A stretch of 32,000 nucleotides of DNA from Methanothermus fervidus DSM 2088 (GTDB lineage Archaea; Methanobacteriota; Methanobacteria; DSM-2088; Methanothermaceae): the NCBI GenBank assembly GCA_000166095.1, contig CP002278.1:1110001-1142000 (forward strand), read 5' to 3'. A model generated the notes under the pieces. That model was not told where the DNA came from and did no database searches. It saw nothing but the letters and a program-made list of their open reading frames with translations. Within the stretch, counting starts at the first letter, position 1. Each line of letters opens with the position of its first letter. Positions 1 through 7,733 of the stretch are shown piece by piece. A program made the translations under genes and the position numbers.

Positions 1-403
1 ATATTTTATTTCCATCCGATATTAACCCAGCTATGTGCGTGCCTCCAGTTATTTTCCATATTTTAGCATTTTTTTCCAAGGATTTAAAAGATTCAAAAAC
101 ATCCTCTGTTGAAATTTTAAGCTTAGATTTCACTGGAGATAAAGGTAAGGAATCTTTATTAACCTTAACTATTATAGTTTTTCCATCAATCTTCAATTCA
201 TGTATATTTTTTAGGGATTTAACAATCCCATTTCCAAAAAGGTAACCAATTGTGAATGCTTTCAAAGATTTTGGTGTTATACGATATTTTTTGGTTTTTT
301 CATTTATTTTTAATAAAAATTCTACATCATATGGAACAACTTCCTTTATTCTCTTCTTGGAATTATCTTTAAACCTTAATGCAGATACTTCTCTATACAA
401 CAT
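1..403 (-). CDS. fdhD: FdhD-family sulfurtransferase (accessory protein for formate dehydrogenase / Mo-bisPGD enzymes). Only the N-terminal ~134 codons are present; the 3' end runs off the window.
   Basis: Absent from the ORF track because it is open at the window edge. Minus-strand translation from ATG 403..401 gives MLYREVSALRFKDNSKKRIKEVVPYDVEFLLKINEKTKKYRITPKSLKAFTIGYLFGNGIVKSL...AKIWKITGGTHIAGLISDGNKI. The TP..L..F.IGYL..NGI and TGG.H.A.L motifs are FdhD hallmarks. The start overlaps the moaA stop by 11 nt. Confidence 0.65.
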   Translation of the reverse strand, partial: MLYREVSALRFKDNSKKRIKEVVPYDVEFLLKINEKTKKYRITPKSLKAFTIGYLFGNGIVKSLKNIHELKIDGKTIIVKVNKDSLPLSPVKSKLKISTEDVFESFKSLEKNAKIWKITGGTHIAGLISDGNKI

Positions 404-1319
404 ATTTGTATTTTCCAAAGTATGGTGACCTCCTATGTATAGCTTCTATAAATAATTTTTTTAACATATAGTTAGATTTACACTTCAAAGCTGGTTTTAG
501 ATCAACTAAATTGTCATTTCTTAAAAGACATGGCTTTATTTTTGCATCAGGTGTTATTCTCAACCTAGTGCAATTTGCACAAAAAACAGAATTATCCATT
601 GGTCTAACAATTTCAATTTCACTACCGTCAATAAAGTATTTCTTACGTCCATGCATAAATTTCCTTTCCATGACTTTTTCTGCTTTTTTACGTATCTCCT
701 CTTCAATGGAATCTAAGCTTTTATAATATTTCTCAAAATAATCCGAATTATCATCTATCTTAACCAATTCTATTATTTGTAAAATTGCTCCATGCTCTTT
801 ACAAAATTCAAATAAATCCCAAACTTCATTTTCATTTATGTCTTTAAGAATTAGCATGTTGATCTTTACAGGGTGTAAACCTGCTTCAATTGCTTTTGAT
901 ATCCCCTCTTTAACTTTGTCCAAAAAATCTTTTCCAGTTATAGATTTGTATATATGATTTTTCAATGAATCAAGACTTACATTTATTCTGTCAAGACCTG
1001 CTTTTTTTAACTTATATGCATAATTTTTAAGATATACTCCATTAGTTGTCATTGAAATATCTTTAAAATTAAGAGAGTTTAAGGCAGAAATAATTTCAAC
1101 TATATCTTTTCTTATTAAAGGTTCTCCACCAGTAATCTTTACTTTATTTATATCAAATTCCTTAGCCACCTTACATATCCTATAAATTTCTTCTTTGGAC
1201 ATTTCATAATTAGTGGGTAAAGTACCTTCCTTATGACAATATATACAGTTAAGGTTACACCTACGTGTTACAGATATTCTTAAAGACTTTATAGGTCTTC
1301 CAAACCTATCTTTAATCAT
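393..1319 (-). CDS. moaA: GTP 3',8-cyclase MoaA (radical SAM, molybdenum cofactor biosynthesis step 1)
   Basis: 308 aa. N-terminal radical-SAM motif CNLNCIYC; GGEPL; C-terminal second-cluster motif CANCTRLRITPDAKIKPCL. AGGAGA Shine-Dalgarno lies 6 nt upstream of ATG 1319. Confidence 0.9.
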   Translation of the reverse strand: MIKDRFGRPIKSLRISVTRRCNLNCIYCHKEGTLPTNYEMSKEEIYRICKVAKEFDINKVKITGGEPLIRKDIVEIISALNSLNFKDISMTTNGVYLKNYAYKLKKAGLDRINVSLDSLKNHIYKSITGKDFLDKVKEGISKAIEAGLHPVKINMLILKDINENEVWDLFEFCKEHGAILQIIELVKIDDNSDYFEKYYKSLDSIEEEIRKKAEKVMERKFMHGRKKYFIDGSEIEIVRPMDNSVFCANCTRLRITPDAKIKPCLLRNDNLVDLKPALKCKSNYMLKKLFIEAIHRRSPYFGKYKYVV

Positions 1320-1358
1320 TTTAATCTCCTAATGAGCTAGTAAAATGTGTTTAAATTC

Positions 1359-1410
1359 TCAGTAAAAAAGTTCATCATGGCTTTAGCTCAGCTAACCCTC
1401 TTTTCATCAC
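1359..1410 (-). ncRNA. Candidate archaeal box C/D guide sRNA (C, D', C', D boxes in canonical order)
   Basis: Minus strand reads GUGAUGA (1410-1404), 12 nt AAAGAGGGUUAG, CUGA (1391-1388), GCUAAAGCC, AUGAUGA (1378-1372), 9 nt ACUUUUUUA, CUGA (1362-1359). The core is 52 nt and locally GC-richer than its surroundings. Weaknesses: the second spacer is 9 nt rather than ~12, and there is no obvious terminal stem. Confidence 0.55.
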
Positions 1411-1436
1411 TCATAACAGTGGACTACCCTACAGAA

Positions 1437-1882
1437 TCTACTTGAGCTACTCCCTACGGAGCTTCCTGCTTCATAGAGAAAACTTGCCCAAACTATATCC
1501 CTACAGGAGATAGTTTTGAGTAGAGTATTCTTTTAAACAGGCTATCAGGGCTACCCCATACTCTCAACAGTATTCTATATATTCTACATGCTGATATATA
1601 ATCCCTTAGTTTATTCTTACATGTTAGAAAATAATTATAAACATGCCTACAAATCTCTAAACTTTCCAATAGCTTATTTTTTGTTTTTTACTTGGATAAA
1701 GTCTGGATTTATATAAGTATATTCATGAAAAAAGTAATGGATAATATATAGTTTTCCTTTAGGAATTATTGCGTTGGAGAAAGAAAGAGTAGAAAAGAGA
1801 GTTTGTATATTTTTTAGAACAAGTGTTAGTTTTGTACTTCATCTATATAAATACTTTTCCTATTTTTTCATCCCTGATAGAA
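1437..1882. repeat. Dispersed non-coding repeat, copy A (most complete): module 1 ~1437-1620, module 2 ~1621-1882
   Basis: By-eye alignment. Module 1 aligns to 7383-7553 and partly to 13631-13705. Module 2 aligns to 13706-13973 with most positions identical, including a ~70-nt near-identical run atgttagaaaataattataaacat.cctacaaatctctaaactttccaatagcttattttttg. No conserved ORF in any frame. Confidence 0.8.
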
Positions 1883-1911
1883 ATAAGGCTTTTTTATGAG
1901 GTTTTTGTCTG

Positions 1912-1938
1912 AAAAAAAATTAAGCGATATATAAAAAA
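1912..1938 (-). terminator. Oligo-T tracts downstream of the adhesin-like gene (archaeal intrinsic terminator candidate)
   Basis: On the minus strand there is a T6 starting 3 nt after the stop codon (1938-1933) and a T8 at 1919-1912. Archaeal termination typically uses oligo-T runs. Confidence 0.4.
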
Positions 1939-1941
1939 GAA

Positions 1942-3288
1942 TCACCAAATATCAATAAATCCACGTTCATGCCCTTGGCCTGTGAGATGCAATGCATATC
2001 TAGCTATATACCTAAATTCTCCCCTCGGAGCTATGTATTTACTTATCTCCCTCATCTGTGGATTAAAGCCCTCAATTTCATATTTTATTCTTAGATTTAA
2101 TGGAATTCCATTCTTTGATGGATTTTTAACAATCATTGTTCCAGATACTGCATATCCTCTCAGATATTTACCAAGATTTATTGTTTTTGTTTCATTTGGT
2201 TTTAGAGTTATTGTTAATTCCTTATAGCTAACTTTTTTCCCATCATCAGGATTTGTGTAGACTGTGATGTAATATTTTATGGTTATTTTTGATTTTCCAG
2301 TATTTGTTAGAGTTATATTATAATCTAATGATTCATAGTGTATATTATCTGGTATATTATTAAAGAAAACATTTGAATTATCTACACTGATGTTAGGGTA
2401 TTCACGAAATGCTGAAACATAAATAGCACCGCCTAATTTAGCTTTATTGTACTTAAATATAGTATTTGTAATTGTTAAATCATCTTCATCTGTGATAATG
2501 GCACCGCCCCTAGTAGCAACATTGTTATCAAATATACAATTGTTTATTATTATTGAACCACCGGGATTGTTAATGGCACCTCCGCTTACGCTAGCACTAT
2601 TATTCTCAAACTTACATTTATCAATTGTTAAACCACCAGCATTGTCAATGGCACCGCCTTTATATTTAGCCCTGTTCTCTACAAATAAGCATTTAGTTAA
2701 ATTTGTAGGGGCATCAATTCCATTATCAATTGCTCCTCCATGATAACATGCTAAATTATTCCTAAATATACTGTTGTATACTGTAAGATTAACAGAATTA
2801 GAAATAGCACCGCCACATTTACTAGCATAGTTATTTTCAAAACTACAGTTCTTAACCTCTAGATATCCTTCCCTATCTAACGTGGGTGAATTTTCATAAC
2901 CATAATTGTAGATTGCTCCTCCATCTTCACTAGCATAATTATCCTTAAATTTACAGTTCTCAACCACTAAATATCCATTATTATTTATTGCACCACCTTC
3001 TGTTCCATTTCCATTGGTCAATGTTAAATTTATCAACCTTACATTTGCACCGCCGAAAATTGTGAATATAGGGCCTTCCCTCTGAGCATCAATTACAACT
3101 CCATCCTTATCTTCACCTACAATAGTTAAATTCTTATCTATCACAATTCCTGAAGCATAATATGTCCCATTATGCATAAATATTGTCTCTCCAGGATTAG
3201 AGTATTTTATTACATCTTTAAGAGTGCTATTCCCTGGATAAACTTCTTTAACTCCATATGCTTGAGAAATTGCCAACAGAACTAGCAA
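1942..3288 (-). CDS. Secreted adhesin-like protein with parallel beta-helix / polymorphic-membrane-protein-type GGAI repeats and a C-terminal beta-rich domain
   Basis: 448 aa from a TTG start. At least 9 repeats of the form N..A...GGAI.N every ~20-25 aa ([60 protein letters not shown]). The in-frame upstream codons (to 3336) encode the n-region of a signal peptide but lack ATG/GTG/TTG; see finding. Confidence 0.75.
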   Translation of the reverse strand: MLVLLAISQAYGVKEVYPGNSTLKDVIKYSNPGETIFMHNGTYYASGIVIDKNLTIVGEDKDGVVIDAQREGPIFTIFGGANVRLINLTLTNGNGTEGGAINNNGYLVVENCKFKDNYASEDGGAIYNYGYENSPTLDREGYLEVKNCSFENNYASKCGGAISNSVNLTVYNSIFRNNLACYHGGAIDNGIDAPTNLTKCLFVENRAKYKGGAIDNAGGLTIDKCKFENNSASVSGGAINNPGGSIIINNCIFDNNVATRGGAIITDEDDLTITNTIFKYNKAKLGGAIYVSAFREYPNISVDNSNVFFNNIPDNIHYESLDYNITLTNTGKSKITIKYYITVYTNPDDGKKVSYKELTITLKPNETKTINLGKYLRGYAVSGTMIVKNPSKNGIPLNLRIKYEIEGFNPQMREISKYIAPRGEFRYIARYALHLTGQGHERGFIDIW

Positions 3289-3620
3289 TGTTGAGAGGAT
3301 TAATACAGCTTTAGACTTCGTTTTAACACGTCCTCTTTATTTTTAGTTTGTATTCAAAACAAATATTATTTTTTACTTCGACTATATATATATCTTTTTA
3401 TTTAGTTTTCTCTCTCCTAAAACCTCATTGGGAAAATATTTGAAGCCTCTTCTGTCATGGTAACTTTCAAAATTCAGAACTTCTCTTTAAAAAAAATGGG
3501 TAAATAAATCCCCCCGAATTATGTGTAAGATTCTCACTCTATTATCAATACACTATATGACAGAAAAAGAACATGAATGATACGAAAATTATCTAAATCA
3601 CAGAATAAATACATCAAGAC

Positions 3621-3630
3621 ATTTATATAT
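3621..3630 (+). promoter_or_regulatory. TATA-box candidate for the mop gene
   Basis: atttatatat lies ~65 nt upstream of ATG 3693, with a GGAGGT SD at 3681-3686. It matches the archaeal TTTAWATA consensus. Position inferred only. Confidence 0.35.
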
Positions 3631-3692
3631 GGTGAGAAACAAATGTAAAGGTCATTTAGTATTAAGAAATAAAGAGTTTTGGAGGTCTGTAT

Positions 3693-3902
3693 ATGAAAAT
3701 AAGCGCACAGAATAGGCTTAAAGGCGTAGTAAAAAGGATAGAAAAAGGACAGGTCGTTGCTTTGGTACAAATTGAGATAACAACGCCAACGGTTATGACT
3801 GCTTTAATAACAAAAGATGCGCTAGACGAACTTGAACTCAAAATCGGCGATGAAGTCAAGGCGATAACAAAAGCAACTGAGATAATGGTATCAAAAGAGT
3901 GA
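3693..3902 (+). CDS. mop: Mop/TOBE-domain molybdate (tungstate)-binding protein, single-domain molbindin
   Basis: 69 aa: MKISAQNRLKGVVKRIEKGQVVALVQIEI...ITKDALDELELKIGDEVKAITKATEIMVSKE. This has the typical Mop pattern (SARN.L.G.V..I..G.V...V.i......i.A.IT..s...L.L..Gd.V.A.iKA..vm). Strong SD. Confidence 0.85.
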   Translation: MKISAQNRLKGVVKRIEKGQVVALVQIEITTPTVMTALITKDALDELELKIGDEVKAITKATEIMVSKE

Positions 3903-4192
3903 ACTTCGGTCGAGGTTCCGTCCACAGAACATCACGCACTACACTCCGAGAATTCATCTTTGAGTGCGAAATACATGACCAGTAGGCTGCTGGACAATTC
4001 ATTCTTGATATGAATACCTTCAGCACCTCATTTTTGTCTAATTACTGCTTAGATATCTCATAATCCCTGGTATATATATGTGCTACTCCTTTTTTCTTTC
4101 TTTTTCTCCTTCATAATCTATGGTAAGAGAGAACTTAATGTAAGGCATTATTCAAGTTATTAGATTGATTCAATTTTTATTAACGAAATGTA

Positions 4193-4200
4193 TTTATAAA
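4193..4200 (+). promoter_or_regulatory. TATA-box candidate for the fmdECB operon
   Basis: tttataaa lies ~60 nt upstream of ATG 4260, in a 357-nt intergenic region. Position inferred only. Confidence 0.35.
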
Positions 4201-4259
4201 CATTACGATAAAAAATAAAGTGAAAATACTTAATTAGAATGACTATCGTATAGGTTACT

Positions 4260-4832
4260 ATGAACATCGAAATAGACACAAAACCTTTTCTCAAATATAT
4301 ACGCAAAATAGAAAAATTCACTGGATTTGCAAGCCCAGGAAGTGTTATAGGCACCCAGATGTATATGATAGCTAAAAAACTCCTTAATTTTAAAGAAGAT
4401 GAAGACATATATGTCACCTGTGAAACAAGCAATTGTTTACCCGATGCTTTCCAAGCTATTTGCAAATCTACGATAGGAAATGGAAAGTTATCTATATATG
4501 ATACTGGAAAGATGGCTGTAACTATCAACAAGAAAGGTGCACCTGGTGAAACTGTTAAAGGTGTAAGAATAATCCTTGATCCAAATAAAACACGTGATTA
4601 TCCAATTATTCATAAGTGGTATTTTAATACAGAAAAGGTGCCAGCAGAAAAAGTAATTCCTGAATTAATAAAAGCAGGTGCGAAAATATATTCTTGGGAA
4701 TATAAAGATGTTAAAGTTCCTAAAAATACAAAAAAAGTTGTTAAAATATGTAAAATATGTAAAGAACCATATATAGCCAGAAATGAATATTATGTTTGTC
4801 CTCAATGTCATAATAAAAAGAAAGAGGGATAA
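4260..4832 (+). CDS. fmdE: Formylmethanofuran dehydrogenase subunit E (FwdE/FmdE family) with C-terminal zinc ribbon
   Basis: 190 aa. FwdE-like core (PG.VIG..M...A, C.TSNCLPDAFQ), C-terminal CKICKEPY...CPQCH. Sits immediately upstream of the C and B subunits with a 2-nt gap. Confidence 0.8.
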   Translation: MNIEIDTKPFLKYIRKIEKFTGFASPGSVIGTQMYMIAKKLLNFKEDEDIYVTCETSNCLPDAFQAICKSTIGNGKLSIYDTGKMAVTINKKGAPGETVKGVRIILDPNKTRDYPIIHKWYFNTEKVPAEKVIPELIKAGAKIYSWEYKDVKVPKNTKKVVKICKICKEPYIARNEYYVCPQCHNKKKEG

Positions 4833-4834
4833 AA

Positions 4835-6034
4835 ATGGGATTTTTATTAAAACCAAAAAGATTTTTTCATATGCCTTTAGAAGCAGATGTTATACGCCCT
4901 GATTTATTCACTGAACTTAATTTAAAAGAAATTAAAAAACTTGAAGTTTATGAAGGAAATAGAAAAAGACCGTTAGGTGACTTATTTGAAATAAGCAAAA
5001 ATTCTCTAGCAGATGATATAATTCAGATCGATGGCGATGTTAGTAGAGTTAAATACATTGGCGCGAAAATGAAAGAAGGACAAATAATTATTAATGGAAA
5101 TGTAGGACTTCAGCTTGGAAGTGAAATGAAAGGAGGAAAAATAAAAGTAAATGGCAATGCGTCATCATGGATAGGTATGGAGATGCAGGGAGGTATTATA
5201 GAAATAAATGGAAATGCTGGAGATTATATTGGATGTGCATATCGTGGAAATTGGCGCGGCATGAAAGGCGGAAAGATAATAATAAACGGAAACGCTGGAA
5301 ACAATGTTGGTGGAGGCATGGTGGACGGAATCATCCATATAAAAGGCAATGTAGGAAATTTCTGTGGCATTCAGATGAAAGGCGGAGAAATAATTGTAGA
5401 TGGCAATGCTGGAAGGGCACCTGGCGCAGAAATGGTTGGTGGAAAAATTCAGATAAAAGGAAAAATAGATAGTTTACTCCCTGGATTTAAACATATAGAG
5501 ACGTTAAAAATTGATAATTTACTTTTTATGGTGTTTGAAGGAGATTTATCAGAAAAAATACATAATGGTAAACTTATGATCAATAAAAATAAAAATATGC
5601 ATATTGTAACAGGCAGTGTTCCTAGAAAACAAAAATTGACAGAAAAAGGTCTTGCAGTGATATATAACAGTGGTAGTACTATTAAACAAGGAGAAATCAT
5701 CAAAGGGGGTAAAAAATTAACTTCTGATTATATAGAGGAATGTGCGCGTTGTTATATTAATCCTTCAGATCTTGCACTTATTGGGAATCCTAAAAAAGTA
5801 GTTGTAGAATGTGAAAATAGGAAAGTAGTGCTAAAAGCTGTTGCAGACCCTGATATTCGTGAGGGAACAATATTTATACCTAGAAGTATATGGGCAAACG
5901 TACTAACTCCTTCGTACACAGAATCAACAGGGTCACCTATGTATAAAGGTGTTTTAGTATATGTAAGAAAAGCTTCATCATCTGACAAAATATTAAGCGC
6001 TGAAGAAGTTATAGAGTCCATGGGGGGTAAATAA
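4835..6034 (+). CDS. fmdC: Formylmethanofuran dehydrogenase subunit C fused to a subunit-D-like domain
   Basis: 399 aa. N-terminal ~270 aa carry the FwdC beta-helix repeats (G.I.I.GNAG..(L/I)G.EM.GG.I.(V/I).GNA, about 7 times). The C-terminal ~130 aa resemble FwdD / the molybdopterin-dinucleotide-binding barrel (VVVECENRKVVLKAVADPDIREGTIFIP). Confidence 0.85.
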   Translation: MGFLLKPKRFFHMPLEADVIRPDLFTELNLKEIKKLEVYEGNRKRPLGDLFEISKNSLADDIIQIDGDVSRVKYIGAKMKEGQIIINGNVGLQLGSEMKGGKIKVNGNASSWIGMEMQGGIIEINGNAGDYIGCAYRGNWRGMKGGKIIINGNAGNNVGGGMVDGIIHIKGNVGNFCGIQMKGGEIIVDGNAGRAPGAEMVGGKIQIKGKIDSLLPGFKHIETLKIDNLLFMVFEGDLSEKIHNGKLMINKNKNMHIVTGSVPRKQKLTEKGLAVIYNSGSTIKQGEIIKGGKKLTSDYIEECARCYINPSDLALIGNPKKVVVECENRKVVLKAVADPDIREGTIFIPRSIWANVLTPSYTESTGSPMYKGVLVYVRKASSSDKILSAEEVIESMGGK

Positions 6035-7348
6035 TTGAAAGTATATAAAAATATAACATGTCCTGTTTGTGGTGGGGCCTGTGACGATATAGTTGTAATG
6101 TATGATGGTACTTCAATAAAAACTAGAAATGCCTGTAGAGAGGGAGCTGCAAAATTTAAAGAAATTGTAAGTCCGCATAGGATTAGATCTCCCCAATTAA
6201 AAACTTCTAATGGTAAATTTAAGACTGTTAAATGGAATGAAGCTATAAAAAAAGCCGCTGAAATTTTATCTGAAGCGAAAAGACCTGTTTTATTTTTAGG
6301 AAGTGAAATGTCTATAGAAGCTATGGCTGCTGGTCTTGAGCTTGGAGAATATATTAATGCAGTTGTAGATTCAAACGCAACTATCTGTCATGGTCCAACA
6401 TTAATGGGAATACAGGAAGCAGGCATAAGCGCTGCCACTGCCGGAGAAATAAAAAATAGAGCAGATGTTATTATTTACTGGGGCGCTAATCCTATGGATT
6501 CAATGCCAAGGCATATGTCTCGTTATACTACATTTATGAGAGGATTCTTTAGAGAAAGAGGGAGACATGATCGTACTATAATTACAGTAGATCCTCGTAG
6601 GACAGCTACAGCTAAAGCTTCAGATATACATTTACAGTTGAAACCAAATTCTGATTATGAACTGTTTTCTGCAATACTGACAGTAGTAAGAGGACATGAA
6701 CCTCATCCCTTTGTTGAAGAAGTTACAGGGATACCAGTGGAAACCATCAAAAAAGTTGCAAATATAATGATGAATGCACAGTTTGGAGCTATTTATGGTG
6801 GTTTAGGGCTTGCATCATCTGAAGGTAAACACAGAAATCTTGAAATGGTTCTTAAGCTTGTAGCAGCGCTTAATGAACATACTAAATTTACTATTGGTGC
6901 TATTAGAGGACATTGTAATGTCGCTGGATTTAACCAATTAGCATCATGGGAATATGGTTTTCCATTTGGAGTTGATTTTACAAGAGGTTATCCCCGTTAT
7001 AATCCAGGTGAAACAACAATAGTCGACTTATTACGAAGAAAAGAAGTTGATGCACTCTTTGTAATTTGTTCAGATCTCGCAGCTCATCTTCCATATGAGT
7101 GCGTTGAATATATGAAAGAAATTCCAGTAATATGTATAGATATATCTCCTTGTCCTACAACATTGGTAGCAGATGTTATAATTCCTGGTGTAATAGATGC
7201 GATGGAATCAAGTGGCACATTTTATAGATTTGACAATGTTCCAATCTATCATAGAGCATTCACATCATCACCCTTCCCTGAAACAAAAAGCAATGAACAT
7301 ACAATTAGACAAATACTTGAAACAATAAAAAAGATTCGTAAAGAGTAA
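6035..7348 (+). CDS. fmdB: Formylmethanofuran dehydrogenase subunit B (molybdopterin oxidoreductase, Cys-type active site)
   Basis: 437 aa from a TTG start directly after the fmdC stop. N-terminal CPVCGGACDD cluster motif, NATICHGPT active-site region (Cys, no in-frame TGA), molybdopterin oxidoreductase fold motifs. Confidence 0.85.
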   Translation: MKVYKNITCPVCGGACDDIVVMYDGTSIKTRNACREGAAKFKEIVSPHRIRSPQLKTSNGKFKTVKWNEAIKKAAEILSEAKRPVLFLGSEMSIEAMAAGLELGEYINAVVDSNATICHGPTLMGIQEAGISAATAGEIKNRADVIIYWGANPMDSMPRHMSRYTTFMRGFFRERGRHDRTIITVDPRRTATAKASDIHLQLKPNSDYELFSAILTVVRGHEPHPFVEEVTGIPVETIKKVANIMMNAQFGAIYGGLGLASSEGKHRNLEMVLKLVAALNEHTKFTIGAIRGHCNVAGFNQLASWEYGFPFGVDFTRGYPRYNPGETTIVDLLRRKEVDALFVICSDLAAHLPYECVEYMKEIPVICIDISPCPTTLVADVIIPGVIDAMESSGTFYRFDNVPIYHRAFTSSPFPETKSNEHTIRQILETIKKIRKE

Positions 7349-7382
7349 GATAGACTTGACAATGCTTTCTCATACTATTTAG

Positions 7383-7733
7383 TCTATTTTGAGCACTCCC
7401 TACGAGCTTCTGATTCATAGAAAAAACTTGCCCAAACTATATCCCTACAGAGATAGTCCTAAGTAGAGTATTCTTTTAAACAGGCTGTCAGGGCTGTCCC
7501 AACTCCTCAACAATATTCTACATGCTGATATATAATTTCTTAATTTATTTTTAATCCTTTTGATGTTTCTCTTGAATTTACTTTCTTAACTATCCATCTA
7601 GAACCTTCTTTCCAAGCTTATGATTTTTAACCATATTCTCTATTGTTAAATCTTCAACACATAAAGTATATTCATGAAAGTATGGATTGATATATATTTT
7701 CTTAATTTATAGAGTATTTTTGGGGAGAGAAAA
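7383..7733. repeat. Dispersed non-coding repeat, copy B (module 1 well conserved, module 2 diverged and ending at the mobB start codon)
   Basis: 7383-7553 aligns with 1437-1620 (for example cccaaactatatccctacag, gtagagtattcttttaaacaggct.tcagggct, tacatgctgatatataat). 7663-7733 aligns with 1712-1790 and 13795-13876. Confidence 0.75.

Noticed and set aside
1544-1879. 9-nt inverted match ctatcaggg / ccctgatag as possible terminal inverted repeats of the dispersed element
   Set aside because: A single 9-mer inverted match within ~600 nt is about what chance predicts. It is not at the alignment boundaries on the left side and is not conserved in copies B and C.
2447-2743. 98-aa plus-strand ORF with a repeated MAPP/APPL motif
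   Set aside because: It is the antisense reading of the GGAI repeats of the adhesin-like gene (GGTGCCAT read backwards). Its periodicity simply mirrors the real gene.
3534-3925. Minus-strand ORFs of 78 and 87 aa around the mop gene
   Set aside because: They lie antisense to or overlap the strongly supported mop CDS and its promoter. The translations are low-complexity and AT-rich-codon driven.
3903-4020. Second Mop domain or other coding remnant downstream of mop (di-Mop pseudogene)
   Set aside because: Translation after the stop in all three plus frames shows no Mop-like sequence and is interrupted by stops. The GC-rich hairpins are better explained as RNA structure.
4204-4250. 7-bp inverted repeat tacgata ... 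tatcgta bracketing the predicted fmdE 5' UTR as a candidate operator
   Set aside because: By a rough composition estimate, a 7-mer inverted repeat in a 60-nt AT-rich window occurs by chance about one time in ten. It is worth remembering if a regulator is studied, but is not supportable alone.
5167-5472. 101-aa W/R/K-rich ORF inside fmdC
   Set aside because: It is an alternative frame of the highly repetitive GGNAAYGG-type beta-helix coding repeats, and the composition is implausible for a protein. fmdC in the other frame has clear homology.
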